The notes beneath the pieces were generated by a model that ran no database searches, was not told where the DNA came from, and saw only the letters and a program-made list of their open reading frames with translations. This document shows, piece after piece, positions 28,796-38,875 of a stretch of DNA of 64,000 bases. How positions within the stretch are numbered: position 1 is the stretch's first letter; each line of letters opens with the position of its first letter. The position numbers and the translations under genes are program-made. The stretch is from an uncultured Bacteroidia bacterium (GTDB lineage Bacteria; Bacteroidota; Bacteroidia; NS11-12g; UBA955): positions 2,467-66,466 of the forward strand of contig CALKCM010000014.1 in the NCBI GenBank assembly GCA_938086785.1. The letters run 5' to 3'.

Positions 28796-29794
28796 ATGAG
28801 TGAAATAAGATATGATTGGACAGTAGCAGATGCAAAAGAAATTTATCAAATGCCTTTATTGGATTTGGTTTACAAAGCAGCAACTGTTCACAGAGAGTAT
28901 CACGATCCAAGCAAGGTTCAAATAAGCAGCTTGCTATCTATTAAAACCGGAGGATGTAAAGAAGATTGTTCTTATTGCCCACAAGCAGCCCGATATCATA
29001 CAGATGTGGATGTTCATAAAACCATGGATGTAGAAGATGTTTTGGTGAAAGCCGAAGCTGCAAAAAAATCTGGAGCCAATCGCATGTGCTTGGGAGCTGC
29101 ATGGCGAGAAGTGAGAGATAATAGTGATTTTGATAAGGTATTAAACATGGTAAAAGGAATCAACGAACTAGATATGGAGGTTTGTTGTACCCTGGGCATG
29201 CTTACCCAAGATCAGGCCAATAAACTGGCTGATGCTGGCGTGTATGCTTATAATCACAACATTGATACTTCAGAAGATTATTATGGCGAAGTCATTTCTA
29301 CTCGTACCTATGACGATCGATTAAATACCCTGAAAAGTGTGCGAAAGGCAAAAATGACCATTTGTTCAGGAGGTATAATAGGAATGGGAGAGTCTATTGA
29401 GGATCGCCTGAAGATGCTCATTACTTTATCGGACATAAATCCTCATCCAGAATCGGTTCCAATAAACACATTGGTTCCTGTAAAAGGGACTCCATTGGCA
29501 GATCAAGGGGCTATTCCTTTTGAAGATTTACTGCGCATGATTGCAACTGCTCGAATCATGATGCCAAAATCAATGGTTCGTTTATCTGCAGGACGTTTGG
29601 AGAGATCTACTTTTGAACAAGGCTTTTGTTTTATGGCAGGAGCAAACTCTATTTTTGCAGGAGATAAATTGCTAACAACCCCAAATCCTGAATTTAACCA
29701 GGATCTTAAAATGTTTGACTTTTTTGGGCTGACGGCCATGGACTCTATTCATGAACGGAGGAAAAAAGAAGAGGTTGAGCCGGTAAAATCTTGA
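28796..29794 (+). CDS. bioB: Biotin synthase
   Basis: CKEDCSYC radical-SAM motif, YNHNIDTS, VRLSAGR. Confidence 0.98.
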   Translation: MSEIRYDWTVADAKEIYQMPLLDLVYKAATVHREYHDPSKVQISSLLSIKTGGCKEDCSYCPQAARYHTDVDVHKTMDVEDVLVKAEAAKKSGANRMCLGAAWREVRDNSDFDKVLNMVKGINELDMEVCCTLGMLTQDQANKLADAGVYAYNHNIDTSEDYYGEVISTRTYDDRLNTLKSVRKAKMTICSGGIIGMGESIEDRLKMLITLSDINPHPESVPINTLVPVKGTPLADQGAIPFEDLLRMIATARIMMPKSMVRLSAGRLERSTFEQGFCFMAGANSIFAGDKLLTTPNPEFNQDLKMFDFFGLTAMDSIHERRKKEEVEPVKS

Positions 29795-30894
29795 AATTTT
29801 TAAAGCAAAAATTAGATACTCTTAAAAAGAATGGACTCCTTAGGAATCTGTCCGTTCATGCCCATACTATAGATTTTAGTTCCAATGATTATTTAGGCTT
29901 TAGCCGCTCAGTTGCATTTGGGAAGGCTTTTTCCAAGGAATTGAATGCGGAAAAAATAGCCGGTTCAACAGGCTCTCGCTTACTTACGGGAAATACGCTT
30001 GAAATTGAAGCGCTTGAAGAGAAAATAGCCCGTTTTCATCAGGCTGAATCCGCCTTGATTTTTCCCAGTGGCTACCAAGCCAATGTTGGTTTTTTATCCT
30101 CCATTGCTGGGAGGGGAGATACGGTTATTAGAGACGAGTTTTGCCATGCAAGCATTATAGATGGCTTGCGTTTAGGTTTTGCCAATACCTTAAAGTTTAC
30201 GCATAATAATTATACAGATTTAGATGCAAAATTGAGCAAGGCATCCGGAGAAAAATTTGTTATTGTAGAAGGCTTGTACTCCATGGATGGAGATATACCA
30301 GACTTGCAAATGGTGGCTAACCTATGCAAAAAGCACGAGGCTCACCTCATTGTAGACGAGGCGCATACCGGCGGTTTGTATGGGAATAGGGGAGAGGGAA
30401 TGGTTGTAGAACAAGGCTTAGAATCTCAGGTTTTTGCCAGAATAATGACCTATGGAAAGGCCTTTGCATACCAAGGAGGAGCTATCATTGGCTCAGAGGA
30501 GCTCCGGCAATACCTCATTAATAAATCAAGAGCTTTTATCTATTCTACAGGCATTAATTATTCTCAAATTTTGGGCTTATCACTGGCCTACGACTTTGTT
30601 GAAAAAGCAGAGGAGGAACGATATCAATTAAAAGAAAACATCCGCTATTTCAGGCAGGCTATACAAGGAAAACCCAGTGCCTGGATTGATTCTCATTCTC
30701 AAATTCAGGGCGTGCGAATTCCGGGAAATAGCGCGGTAATGGAAAAATCAGTGGAGCTTAAGAATGCAGGCATTCTTGCTTTGCCTATTCGGAATCCTAC
30801 GGTGGCCGAAGGCGAAGAACGCATTCGAATATGTTTGCATGCCTACAATACGAAAAGTGAAATGGATGGCTTGATTAAAATAGTAGGACGATGA
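29791..30894 (+). CDS. bioF: 8-amino-7-oxononanoate synthase
   Basis: FSSNDYLG, GSTGSRLLTG, SMDGD and VDEAH motifs; operon context. Confidence 0.93.
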   Translation: MKFLKQKLDTLKKNGLLRNLSVHAHTIDFSSNDYLGFSRSVAFGKAFSKELNAEKIAGSTGSRLLTGNTLEIEALEEKIARFHQAESALIFPSGYQANVGFLSSIAGRGDTVIRDEFCHASIIDGLRLGFANTLKFTHNNYTDLDAKLSKASGEKFVIVEGLYSMDGDIPDLQMVANLCKKHEAHLIVDEAHTGGLYGNRGEGMVVEQGLESQVFARIMTYGKAFAYQGGAIIGSEELRQYLINKSRAFIYSTGINYSQILGLSLAYDFVEKAEEERYQLKENIRYFRQAIQGKPSAWIDSHSQIQGVRIPGNSAVMEKSVELKNAGILALPIRNPTVAEGEERIRICLHAYNTKSEMDGLIKIVGR

Positions 30895-31508
30895 GGAAGA
30901 CACTAGTAATTGCAGGCATTTCTACCGAGGTGGGCAAAACCCTTGTTTCGGCCATTTTTACGGAGGCTCTGGAGGCAGACTATTGGAAGCCTGTGCAATC
31001 GGGGAGTATTTCCGATTCGGATACGACTGCTGTGAGAGACGGCATTAGTAATCTAAAATCTACATTGCATCCTGAATCTTATTTGCTAAAGGAACCGCTC
31101 TCTCCACATGCCGCTGCTGCATTGGAAAACATTCAAATAGACCTCAATAAAATAAAAGTTCCAGATAGTAAAAACCACTTAATCATTGAAATGGCTGGCG
31201 GATTAATGGTTCCCTTAAACGATACCCAGCTTAGTTTAGACCTTTTAAAGGAATGGAAATTTCCGGTGGTTTTGGTTGCCAACTATTATTTGGGTAGCAT
31301 AAACCATACGCTGTTAAGTATAGATGCTTTGCGGAGCAACTCCATACCCATTCACTCCATTGTATTTAATGGAACCTGCGTGCCAGCAAGCAAAGAAGCT
31401 ATTCTTAGATATGCCAAGGTAGAACACTATTTTGAAATCCCTGCCTTGGATGTCATCAATAAAGAAACTATAAAAAAATATGCTCAACAAATCGCAGATC
31501 ACATTTGA
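30891..31508 (+). CDS. bioD: Dethiobiotin synthase
   Basis: STEVGKT, YWKPVQSG, EMAGGLMVP and LGSINHT motifs. Confidence 0.96.
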   Translation: MRKTLVIAGISTEVGKTLVSAIFTEALEADYWKPVQSGSISDSDTTAVRDGISNLKSTLHPESYLLKEPLSPHAAAALENIQIDLNKIKVPDSKNHLIIEMAGGLMVPLNDTQLSLDLLKEWKFPVVLVANYYLGSINHTLLSIDALRSNSIPIHSIVFNGTCVPASKEAILRYAKVEHYFEIPALDVINKETIKKYAQQIADHI

Positions 31509-32775
31509 TAAGAACCATATATGGCATCCATACACCTCTTTGGAAGATCCATTGCCGGTGTATGAGGTGGAATCTGCAGAGGGCGTCTATATTTCATTGG
31601 CCACGGGGCAAAAACTTGTGGATGGAATGAGTTCTTGGTGGTGTGCCATTCACGGATACAATCACCCTAAATTAAATGAGGCTGTAAGCCATCAACTTTC
31701 CAAGATGTCGCATATCATGTTTGGTGGAATTACCCATGAACCCGCTGTTTTGTTATGCCAAAAGTTAGTGGAGATTACTCCTGCTCCTTTAGATAAAGTT
31801 TTTCTTTGCGATAGTGGTTCTATTGCAATAGAAGTGGCCATAAAAATGGCCTTTCAATATTGGCATTCCAAGGGAGATTCGAAAAAGATTCGATTAATGA
31901 CGGTGAGCAAGGGATACCATGGAGATTCTTTTGGAGCCATGTCGGTTTGCGATCCTCAAAATGGCATGCATCATATCTTTAACCCAGTATTGCCAAAGCA
32001 TGAGTTTATTGCAGAGCCTAGCACTCCTTTTGGATCGGAGCTGAATGCTACTGATTTGAAACATTTGGAGGAGGCTTTTGAAAAGCATCACGAGGAGATT
32101 GCTGCTTTTATTATAGAACCCATTGTACAAGGAGCAGGCGGTATGCGAATGTATGCGGCAGATTACTTAAAAAAAGTAAAAGAACTGTGTGTTTCATATA
32201 ATATACTCTTAATTTTTGACGAAATAGCTACAGGCTTTGGAAGAACAGGAACCTTGTTTGCAGCCAATCATGCCAATGTATCCCCAGATATTATGTGCTT
32301 AGGGAAGTCTCTTACGGGAGGAATGATGACTCAGGCCGCTACTCTGTGTACAGAAAATGTAGCCAAGGTAGTTTGTGAGGGAGAGAGTGGGGTGCTTATG
32401 CACGGGCCTACTTTTATGGCAAATCCATTGGCTTGTGCCGTTTCATTGGCCAGTATTGAGTTGCTCCTATCCTACGATTGGGCTAAAAAAGTATCTGCTA
32501 TTGAGGGAGATCTTAATTCGCATTTATGCCCTCTTAAGCAACACCCCAGGGTAAAAGAGGTACGCGTTTTGGGAGCCATTGGCGTGGTGGAATGCACGCA
32601 GGATGTGCAGGTTGCAGAAATTCAAAAATTCTTTGTGAAAGAGTCTGTATGGATCCGCCCATTCCGAAATTTAATATATCTCATGCCTCCTTTTATTGTT
32701 GACTCGAATGAACTCAATATTTTGTGTCAGGCCATTGTGAAATCCTTAGATATAGATGCTCATTTTAAACCTTAA
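31480..32775 (+). CDS. bioA: Adenosylmethionine-8-amino-7-oxononanoate aminotransferase
   Basis: IWHPYTS, DGMSSWW, DEIATGFGRTG and HGPTFMANPLAC motifs. Confidence 0.97.
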   Translation: MLNKSQITFDKNHIWHPYTSLEDPLPVYEVESAEGVYISLATGQKLVDGMSSWWCAIHGYNHPKLNEAVSHQLSKMSHIMFGGITHEPAVLLCQKLVEITPAPLDKVFLCDSGSIAIEVAIKMAFQYWHSKGDSKKIRLMTVSKGYHGDSFGAMSVCDPQNGMHHIFNPVLPKHEFIAEPSTPFGSELNATDLKHLEEAFEKHHEEIAAFIIEPIVQGAGGMRMYAADYLKKVKELCVSYNILLIFDEIATGFGRTGTLFAANHANVSPDIMCLGKSLTGGMMTQAATLCTENVAKVVCEGESGVLMHGPTFMANPLACAVSLASIELLLSYDWAKKVSAIEGDLNSHLCPLKQHPRVKEVRVLGAIGVVECTQDVQVAEIQKFFVKESVWIRPFRNLIYLMPPFIVDSNELNILCQAIVKSLDIDAHFKP

Positions 32776-32803
32776 TGTGGTTAATTTGTATATCTAATAA
32801 ATC

Positions 32804-33418
32804 ATGCTAGAAACATTAATAGAAGAGATTGTGAAAGACGACCAGGTTCATGCCAAATGGTTAAATTCTTTATCCTATATGGAGAACTGTGGAGCGCGTA
32901 AGATTTCTAAGTTTGAACATGCCGTTGATGTAGATATTATGGTATTGAAACATGCCGCAGAAGAGCATAGGCATGCATACTATCTTAAAAAATTAATCAA
33001 GAAAATAGATGATACTGCTTGCCCAACCTATAATGATAAGGAGCTTTTAGGTTTGTATAGTACCAAACATTACTTGGGTAAATTAGATATTTTTACCTCT
33101 CGTTATTTGCGTAGTAAGTTGAATGTATCTGGAGATAAGCTTAAGTATTTGGCGTATTTACTGGTAACCTATTCTATTGAAGTGCGTGCCGATGGATTAT
33201 ACCCCGTTTATCAAAAAGTTCTGAAAAGTATTCAGAGTAAAATTTCTGTCTATACCATCATCAAAGAAGAGGAGGGACATTTGGAAGAAATGATTGCTTC
33301 TTTAGACCGATATCTGCCGAATTGGCAAGCACATGCAGAGGTTGTTTTGGCATATGAACAAGAGCTTCACGACATTTGGGTATCCGATATTAGTGCGCAA
33401 GTTAAAAAAAGCAATTAA
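32804..33418 (+). CDS. Ferritin-like (di-iron) protein at the end of the bio operon
   Basis: E...EEHRH and E...EEEGH carboxylate/His motifs in a helical 204-aa protein. Confidence 0.7.
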   Translation: MLETLIEEIVKDDQVHAKWLNSLSYMENCGARKISKFEHAVDVDIMVLKHAAEEHRHAYYLKKLIKKIDDTACPTYNDKELLGLYSTKHYLGKLDIFTSRYLRSKLNVSGDKLKYLAYLLVTYSIEVRADGLYPVYQKVLKSIQSKISVYTIIKEEEGHLEEMIASLDRYLPNWQAHAEVVLAYEQELHDIWVSDISAQVKKSN

Positions 33419-34695
33419 CGATTCTGTTGGCTATTTTTTAAGCCATATCCAATTAGTTCATGGTATCCCAAGGTTTGGTTCTTGTGATACATAAATACGT
33501 AGTAATTGTTCTCTGCTTGAGATTGAGAGCCTTCAAAATTAGTGTAGTCTATGGTTCCATCTTCGTTTACCACTACATATTGGTAATTGTAAAAGGCCTG
33601 TTTAAGTTGAATAATAGCTTCATATTGGCCCGTTTCTGAATTGTGGTAACACTGAAACATGTCTTGGATGCGCCAATCGCTAAACTCGCCATACACATAT
33701 ACTTTTTTGTTTTTTATTTCTTCGGATTTTAGCGAAAAATGGACAAAGACATAATCGGATCCGGTTCTGTTTGTTCCTATACTGGGCAAATCCCTATTGT
33801 AAATAAGGTAGCGTCCGTTATAATCCGTCCACCGGAGGTAATTGTCATATTTTCGGGTTTGATCCTGAATTAATATAGCATGCTTTTGCCCTCTAATATT
33901 TAGGCGATCCCTCACATTTGCTGCTGCACCTATAAGGCTTCGAATGTCAAAAAATCGGTACTCATTGAGTCCTGAAAATAAGTTGCCTGTATTTTGATTG
34001 TACTGAAATTTATTTCCAGAAATAAATTGAGGCTTTAAGTCGTACTTGGCCGTATTCCAATCGCCGTTCTGCATAACCACAGTGTACAGTTCTTGATAGG
34101 GTCTTGGAATGAGATATCCTTGGTTATTATTAAAGGTAAAAGTCACTTGCTGGTGCGTTCTTCGGGTATCCACCATAGGCGATTGTTTTACATTCACATC
34201 AAGGTTTCCCTTCGTATCGTAAATCATAATGCGCCGTGTAATAATAATATCCGTAGGGTCATAGTTTCGATAAACCACCAATAGGTAGTTCCCAGATATT
34301 TTGGGTTTCACATTATCCGAAGGAAAATTAAATGCGTAATGCGTGTATTGGGTGAGGACAGAATTAGAAAAAGTGGGATCTGGAACTTCATCATACATAA
34401 TGCCATCAATGGTCATGTTCTTTGTCATGCCCTGCGTTTCATTCCATTGATAATCGCAATGGATAAGGGTGTATTGAAAGTAATCTTGCTCGCTCGAAAG
34501 TCTATCAAACTGCAAAGACAAGCTTTCCATGGATCCCAGGGGAGCAATGGGAATATTAAGTCCAGATTCAGATTGAAGGCATTGAACCGTGCGCACATCT
34601 CCCTCGTAAATGTAATTCCCATACTGCATGGGTACATTGGAGGCACTTACAGTTAAAAAGGATAAGAATAAAAGAATGAATAAGGGGTTCCTCAT
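33415..34695 (-). CDS. DUF5103 / T9SS plug-type protein
   Basis: YTLIHCDYQW, KISGNYLLVVY, GLNEYRFFDIR and LKQAFYNYQY motifs; signal peptide from ATG 34695. Confidence 0.85.
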   Translation of the reverse strand: MRNPLFILLFLSFLTVSASNVPMQYGNYIYEGDVRTVQCLQSESGLNIPIAPLGSMESLSLQFDRLSSEQDYFQYTLIHCDYQWNETQGMTKNMTIDGIMYDEVPDPTFSNSVLTQYTHYAFNFPSDNVKPKISGNYLLVVYRNYDPTDIIITRRIMIYDTKGNLDVNVKQSPMVDTRRTHQQVTFTFNNNQGYLIPRPYQELYTVVMQNGDWNTAKYDLKPQFISGNKFQYNQNTGNLFSGLNEYRFFDIRSLIGAAANVRDRLNIRGQKHAILIQDQTRKYDNYLRWTDYNGRYLIYNRDLPSIGTNRTGSDYVFVHFSLKSEEIKNKKVYVYGEFSDWRIQDMFQCYHNSETGQYEAIIQLKQAFYNYQYVVVNEDGTIDYTNFEGSQSQAENNYYVFMYHKNQTLGYHELIGYGLKNSQQNR

Positions 34696-34744
34696 GGTCT
34701 GGAAATTAATATATTCCAAAAGTATGCCAATTATTTTAAAAATC

Positions 34745-36676
34745 TTAGGATTGTTGTTCCATCCATTGGTCAAATAAAACATCGTATTCCTTCTGGGTTT
34801 TTTCTGATTTGGATAAAAGAAGATTTCTTTCTTCAATAATGCTTTGCAATTGTTCAAAGTCGGCAGCCACTTCTGGTTTAGCTGCTCGGATATCTATTTC
34901 GGCTAAATCATTGGTAAAAGCGGCTAATTCAGCATCCAATTCAGCCATTTTTTTCTCGATTTGAGCATAGGAGAATTTGCTAATTTTAGGCTTCTTCGGT
35001 TCTGCTTTTTTTGATTTTTCGAGCCCTTTTTTAGGCTCCCTCACGCTCATTTTATCCTGCTCCGTAAGGCTTTGTTCTTCTTTTTTTCTGAGGTACTCCG
35101 CATATTCATCGTACGAACCAATAAACTCGCGAAGCTGTCCATCTTCAATCCACCATATTTTATTAGCTACTCGACTAAGAAAGGTTCTATCGTGACTTAC
35201 CACGACGAAGGTTCCCTTGTAATCTTCCAATGCCTGAGCAAGCACAGAGGCACTAAACATATCCAAGTGATTCGTGGGTTCATCCAAGAGTAAAAAATTG
35301 GCTTGCATGAGCAATGTTTTAGCCAAAGCCAAACGACTCCGTTCACCTCCAGATAATACCTTTACCTTTTTAAATACATCTTCGCCAGAGAACAGAAAGC
35401 AACCCAAGGTACTTCTCAGTTCAGCATCCGTATACTGTCCACCAGCCCGAGCTATTTCCTCCAATAAATTGTTTTTTAAATTTAAGGATTCCATTTGATG
35501 TTGGGCAAAAAAGGCGGTTTCTACATTCCAGCCAGGCTCAATTGTTCCCTCATAAGGCTCATGCTCCGCAATAAGCTTAAGCAAAGTCGTTTTTCCTTTC
35601 CCATTGGCACCCACAAAGGCAATTTTATCGCCCCTATAAATTTGAGCCGAGGCTTGCTTAAACAAGGCTATACCCGGATAGGCTTTACTTATTTTATCAA
35701 TTTTAAGGATTTGTTTCCCCGGAGTAACTTTGATATTAAAACGGATTTCAAATTTTCGTTTCTCCTCCTCAGGGATTTCTATTTTGTCCATTTTATCCAA
35801 CTGCCTTACCCTGCTTTGCACGGCTTTGGCCTTGCTGGCTTTATACCTAAACCGAGATATAAATTGCATTTGCTGGTTAATAAAACTCTGTTGGTTCTGA
35901 AACTTACGCGCCATGAGCGCATCATTTTCCGCTTTTAGGTCCAAGTATTTTGTAAAATTCCCTTTAAAGTGATTGAGTTGGGAGTAACTTACTTCTACTG
36001 TTCTGGTAACCGTATTATCCAAGAAGTGCCTGTCATGCGAAACCACAATAAATGTTCCATTATAGCTTTGTAAATAGGTTTCTAGCCACTCTATGGTAGG
36101 TAAATCCAAGTGATTTGTAGGCTCATCGAGCATCAGCAAATCAGGTTCAGACAATAATAATTTAGCAAGCAAAGCTCTCATTCGCCAACCTCCACTAAAC
36201 TTACCGAAAGGTTTTGCCATGTCAGCGGTAGAAAAACCGAGTCCTTCTAAGATGGTTTCTGCTTCGCTGCGCCAAGTATACCCACCCAAGCGATTAAAAT
36301 CGTCTTGAAGTTCTCCCAAACGGTCTAAAAGGGATGAATCCTCGCTATTCTCCGCTAGTTTTTCATAAATTTCGCCCATTTCCTTTTCTGCATGGTACAA
36401 AACGGGTTTTCCTTGGAGAACTACATTTAATAAATCCCCTTTGAGGTCCATGCTCAGTAAATCTTGGTTAAAAAAGCCAATGCTTACCCCTTTCTCAAAC
36501 TCAATGCGTCCTTCTCTTAATTCATACTCTCCACTAATGACTTTAAGCAAGGTAGATTTACCGGTTCCGTTCAGACCAACCAAGCCTATTTTTTCGCCAC
36601 GTTTTATGTGCCAGTTGCTATCTTTAAATAAATAGCGACCTGCAAATTCAAATGAAAAATCGACCAAGGCAATCAC
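34745..36676 (-). CDS. ABC-F family ATPase
   Basis: Two ABC domains (GLNGTGKST/FSGGWRMR; GANGKGKTT/LSGGERSR), LDEPTNHLD twice, C-terminal coiled coil. Confidence 0.95.
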   Translation of the reverse strand: MIALVDFSFEFAGRYLFKDSNWHIKRGEKIGLVGLNGTGKSTLLKVISGEYELREGRIEFEKGVSIGFFNQDLLSMDLKGDLLNVVLQGKPVLYHAEKEMGEIYEKLAENSEDSSLLDRLGELQDDFNRLGGYTWRSEAETILEGLGFSTADMAKPFGKFSGGWRMRALLAKLLLSEPDLLMLDEPTNHLDLPTIEWLETYLQSYNGTFIVVSHDRHFLDNTVTRTVEVSYSQLNHFKGNFTKYLDLKAENDALMARKFQNQQSFINQQMQFISRFRYKASKAKAVQSRVRQLDKMDKIEIPEEEKRKFEIRFNIKVTPGKQILKIDKISKAYPGIALFKQASAQIYRGDKIAFVGANGKGKTTLLKLIAEHEPYEGTIEPGWNVETAFFAQHQMESLNLKNNLLEEIARAGGQYTDAELRSTLGCFLFSGEDVFKKVKVLSGGERSRLALAKTLLMQANFLLLDEPTNHLDMFSASVLAQALEDYKGTFVVVSHDRTFLSRVANKIWWIEDGQLREFIGSYDEYAEYLRKKEEQSLTEQDKMSVREPKKGLEKSKKAEPKKPKISKFSYAQIEKKMAELDAELAAFTNDLAEIDIRAAKPEVAADFEQLQSIIEERNLLLSKSEKTQKEYDVLFDQWMEQQS

Positions 36677-36736
36677 GGCGGCAAAATTAGTTTACGCAGG
36701 GCAATCATCTTTAAAAAAATCAAGTACTTTCGCAAT

Positions 36737-37555
36737 GTGCATTTGTATTGCTTTTTTAACCAAAATAGAACGAAATCGGTTCAGGCGGTAAAGCAATTTA
36801 CAGCCCATTTTGATCAGGTTACGAACATTAATAGGTTTGAGGACTTGGTCCACTTAAAAAGTCAAACCATCGTTGTTTTTGGTGGAGATGGCACTTTTCA
36901 TGCCGTTGTAAATGCCATCGATTTTAGCAATCGCTTGGTTTTTATCCCCTGCGGTTCCGGCAATGATTTTATCCGAAATTTCGAAGCACTTTCTATGACT
37001 CATTTAAAGGAGGCCTTTGCACAAAACAAAGCCCATCGCATTGGACTTCTTAAAGTAAACGAGGTGTACGGATTAAATGCAGCTGGTTTTTTCTACGATG
37101 CCCAAGTGGCTAGAACAGCCAATGATAGCAAAAAGAGGTTAGGGGCTTTGGTCTATTTTGTGGCTGCTCTAAAGCATATTTTTTCATATAAACCTCAGCG
37201 AGTTTTGGTAAACAATATCTCGCAAAACATATTAATGCTCAGTTTTGGAAATGGCGCCTATGCGGGTGGAGGGTTTTGCTTATTTCCGGGCGCCAAACCT
37301 ACGGAGTATCATTTTGTGTTGCTGCAAATTGGTCCCATAAAAATTCTAAAGCGTTTGGCCTATTTAGTATTGGTATCATTTGGGAAGCATCACCGCATTC
37401 CTCAAATTAATCTATCTACTGCAACTTATGCTACTATAAAAAGCGATGCTACACTTATGGCGGAGGTAGATGGAGAATCATACGAATTGGAGAATGAGGT
37501 AAGCGTAAATTATGTCCCCGATGCTTTGTCTGTTCTTGTAGCCAAAATAGCTTAA
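36737..37555 (+). CDS. Diacylglycerol/lipid kinase family protein
   Basis: GGDGT, PCGSGNDF, GNGAYAGGGF and EVDGE motifs. Confidence 0.9.
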   Translation: MHLYCFFNQNRTKSVQAVKQFTAHFDQVTNINRFEDLVHLKSQTIVVFGGDGTFHAVVNAIDFSNRLVFIPCGSGNDFIRNFEALSMTHLKEAFAQNKAHRIGLLKVNEVYGLNAAGFFYDAQVARTANDSKKRLGALVYFVAALKHIFSYKPQRVLVNNISQNILMLSFGNGAYAGGGFCLFPGAKPTEYHFVLLQIGPIKILKRLAYLVLVSFGKHHRIPQINLSTATYATIKSDATLMAEVDGESYELENEVSVNYVPDALSVLVAKIA

Positions 37556-37576
37556 GAGGAACAGGTATTTCAGATT

Positions 37577-38062
37577 TTAGGAAGGAGCTCTCCACTCCAT
37601 TACAAAATCATTCATAAAATAGCCCTCACCAATATCAAAATCTTCTACAGATTTAATTTTAAAGCGGCACTTAAAATAGAAATTAATGGATTTATAGTTT
37701 TCGCGGTTCACCGTGAGTTGTATGCTTTTTGGATGCCCCAATTCTGTAACAATGAGATCAAATACGTCTTTGCCTAAGCCTTGCCCTTGTTGCGTGGGAT
37801 GAATGTAAAATTTATGAATAAAGCCTCCATTTTTCATCGAAAGCCCTAAAAACCCAATGATTGTTCCTTGGTTTTTAATAAAGTAAAACGTTTGCCCTTC
37901 TTGGGTTTGCTTTTCAAGGCCAGCAGGCGAGTACATGGAGTTAAGCATATAATCTACTTGCCCTTGACCCACGATAGGGACGTAATGCATATCCCAAATT
38001 TCTCGGGCTAATCCAAATAGCGTATCAAATTGGCTCGAATCAATCTTAACTAATGCTGGCAT
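37577..38062 (-). CDS. GNAT acetyltransferase
   Basis: KFYIHPTQQGQGLGK, LTVNREN and GYFMNDFVME motifs. Confidence 0.9.
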   Translation of the reverse strand: MPALVKIDSSQFDTLFGLAREIWDMHYVPIVGQGQVDYMLNSMYSPAGLEKQTQEGQTFYFIKNQGTIIGFLGLSMKNGGFIHKFYIHPTQQGQGLGKDVFDLIVTELGHPKSIQLTVNRENYKSINFYFKCRFKIKSVEDFDIGEGYFMNDFVMEWRAPS

Positions 38063-38139
38063 ACTGCGAAGAAAAAGCAATTGTAGATTAATTCAATCTT
38101 TATTTCTGAATTGTTCATTTAAAGCCCATTTTTGCAAAG

Positions 38140-38826
38140 GTGTTACACATTTCTGATTTAGAGATTTCCTTTGGGGAACAGACTCTTTTGAAAAAAGGAG
38201 AACTGCGCTTGGATAAAGCGGAGTTGATTGTACTTGCTGGAAAAAATGGAGCAGGTAAATCGACCCTTCTAAAAATGATTTGTGGCCTCTTGCCTTTGCA
38301 AAAAGGGTCGGTTAAGCTTGTTGGGAGGGAATTACATATAGACTCACCCATGCATGAGCTGGTTTCTTTTATGCCTAGCATGCCTCCTCAGCAGTGCTAT
38401 TTAAGGGTGGATGAACTGGTTAAGACCAGCCATGTAAAAGGAAATGCTATTTTTGGTAAACGAGGCGTAGATACCGATACATATTTGCGAAAAGTGGGCA
38501 TGATTTCCTTTGCGCAACGAGTATTTAACTCATTAAGCGATGGGGAGAAGCAGAAAGTAATGATTGCAAGAGCTCTGGCCCAAGAAACCCCCATTATTTT
38601 ATTGGATGAGCCTCTGGCATTTCTAGACTATCCCTCAAAAATAGAATTATTAGATGTGTTAAAGCAGGTAAGTGCAAATGAGCAGAAACTTATTGTTTAC
38701 AGCAGTCACGATTTGGAACTTAGCATGAAACGATCGGATGGGATGATCTTATTGGATGGGGGAGTGTTAAAAATGCTTCATTCTGAAATGCTAAAAGAAA
38801 GCAATCCCTCAAATTTATTCCAATAA
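38140..38826 (+). CDS. ABC transporter ATP-binding protein (iron-siderophore/cobalamin type)
   Basis: GKNGAGKST, LSDGEKQKVMIARALAQETP and LDEP motifs. Confidence 0.9.
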   Translation: MLHISDLEISFGEQTLLKKGELRLDKAELIVLAGKNGAGKSTLLKMICGLLPLQKGSVKLVGRELHIDSPMHELVSFMPSMPPQQCYLRVDELVKTSHVKGNAIFGKRGVDTDTYLRKVGMISFAQRVFNSLSDGEKQKVMIARALAQETPIILLDEPLAFLDYPSKIELLDVLKQVSANEQKLIVYSSHDLELSMKRSDGMILLDGGVLKMLHSEMLKESNPSNLFQ

Positions 38827-38855
38827 AAAAGGCTGCTCTTTCGAACAGCCTCTTT
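38825..38855. terminator. Bidirectional terminator
   Basis: aaaaaaggctg...cagcctcttt between convergent genes. Confidence 0.7.
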
Positions 38856-38875
38856 AGGATCATTTAATTTTTTAA

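Noticed and set aside
34696-34857. Long overlap of the DUF5103 gene with the ABC-F gene
   Set aside because: The signal peptide begins at ATG 34695; the upstream extension is incidental.
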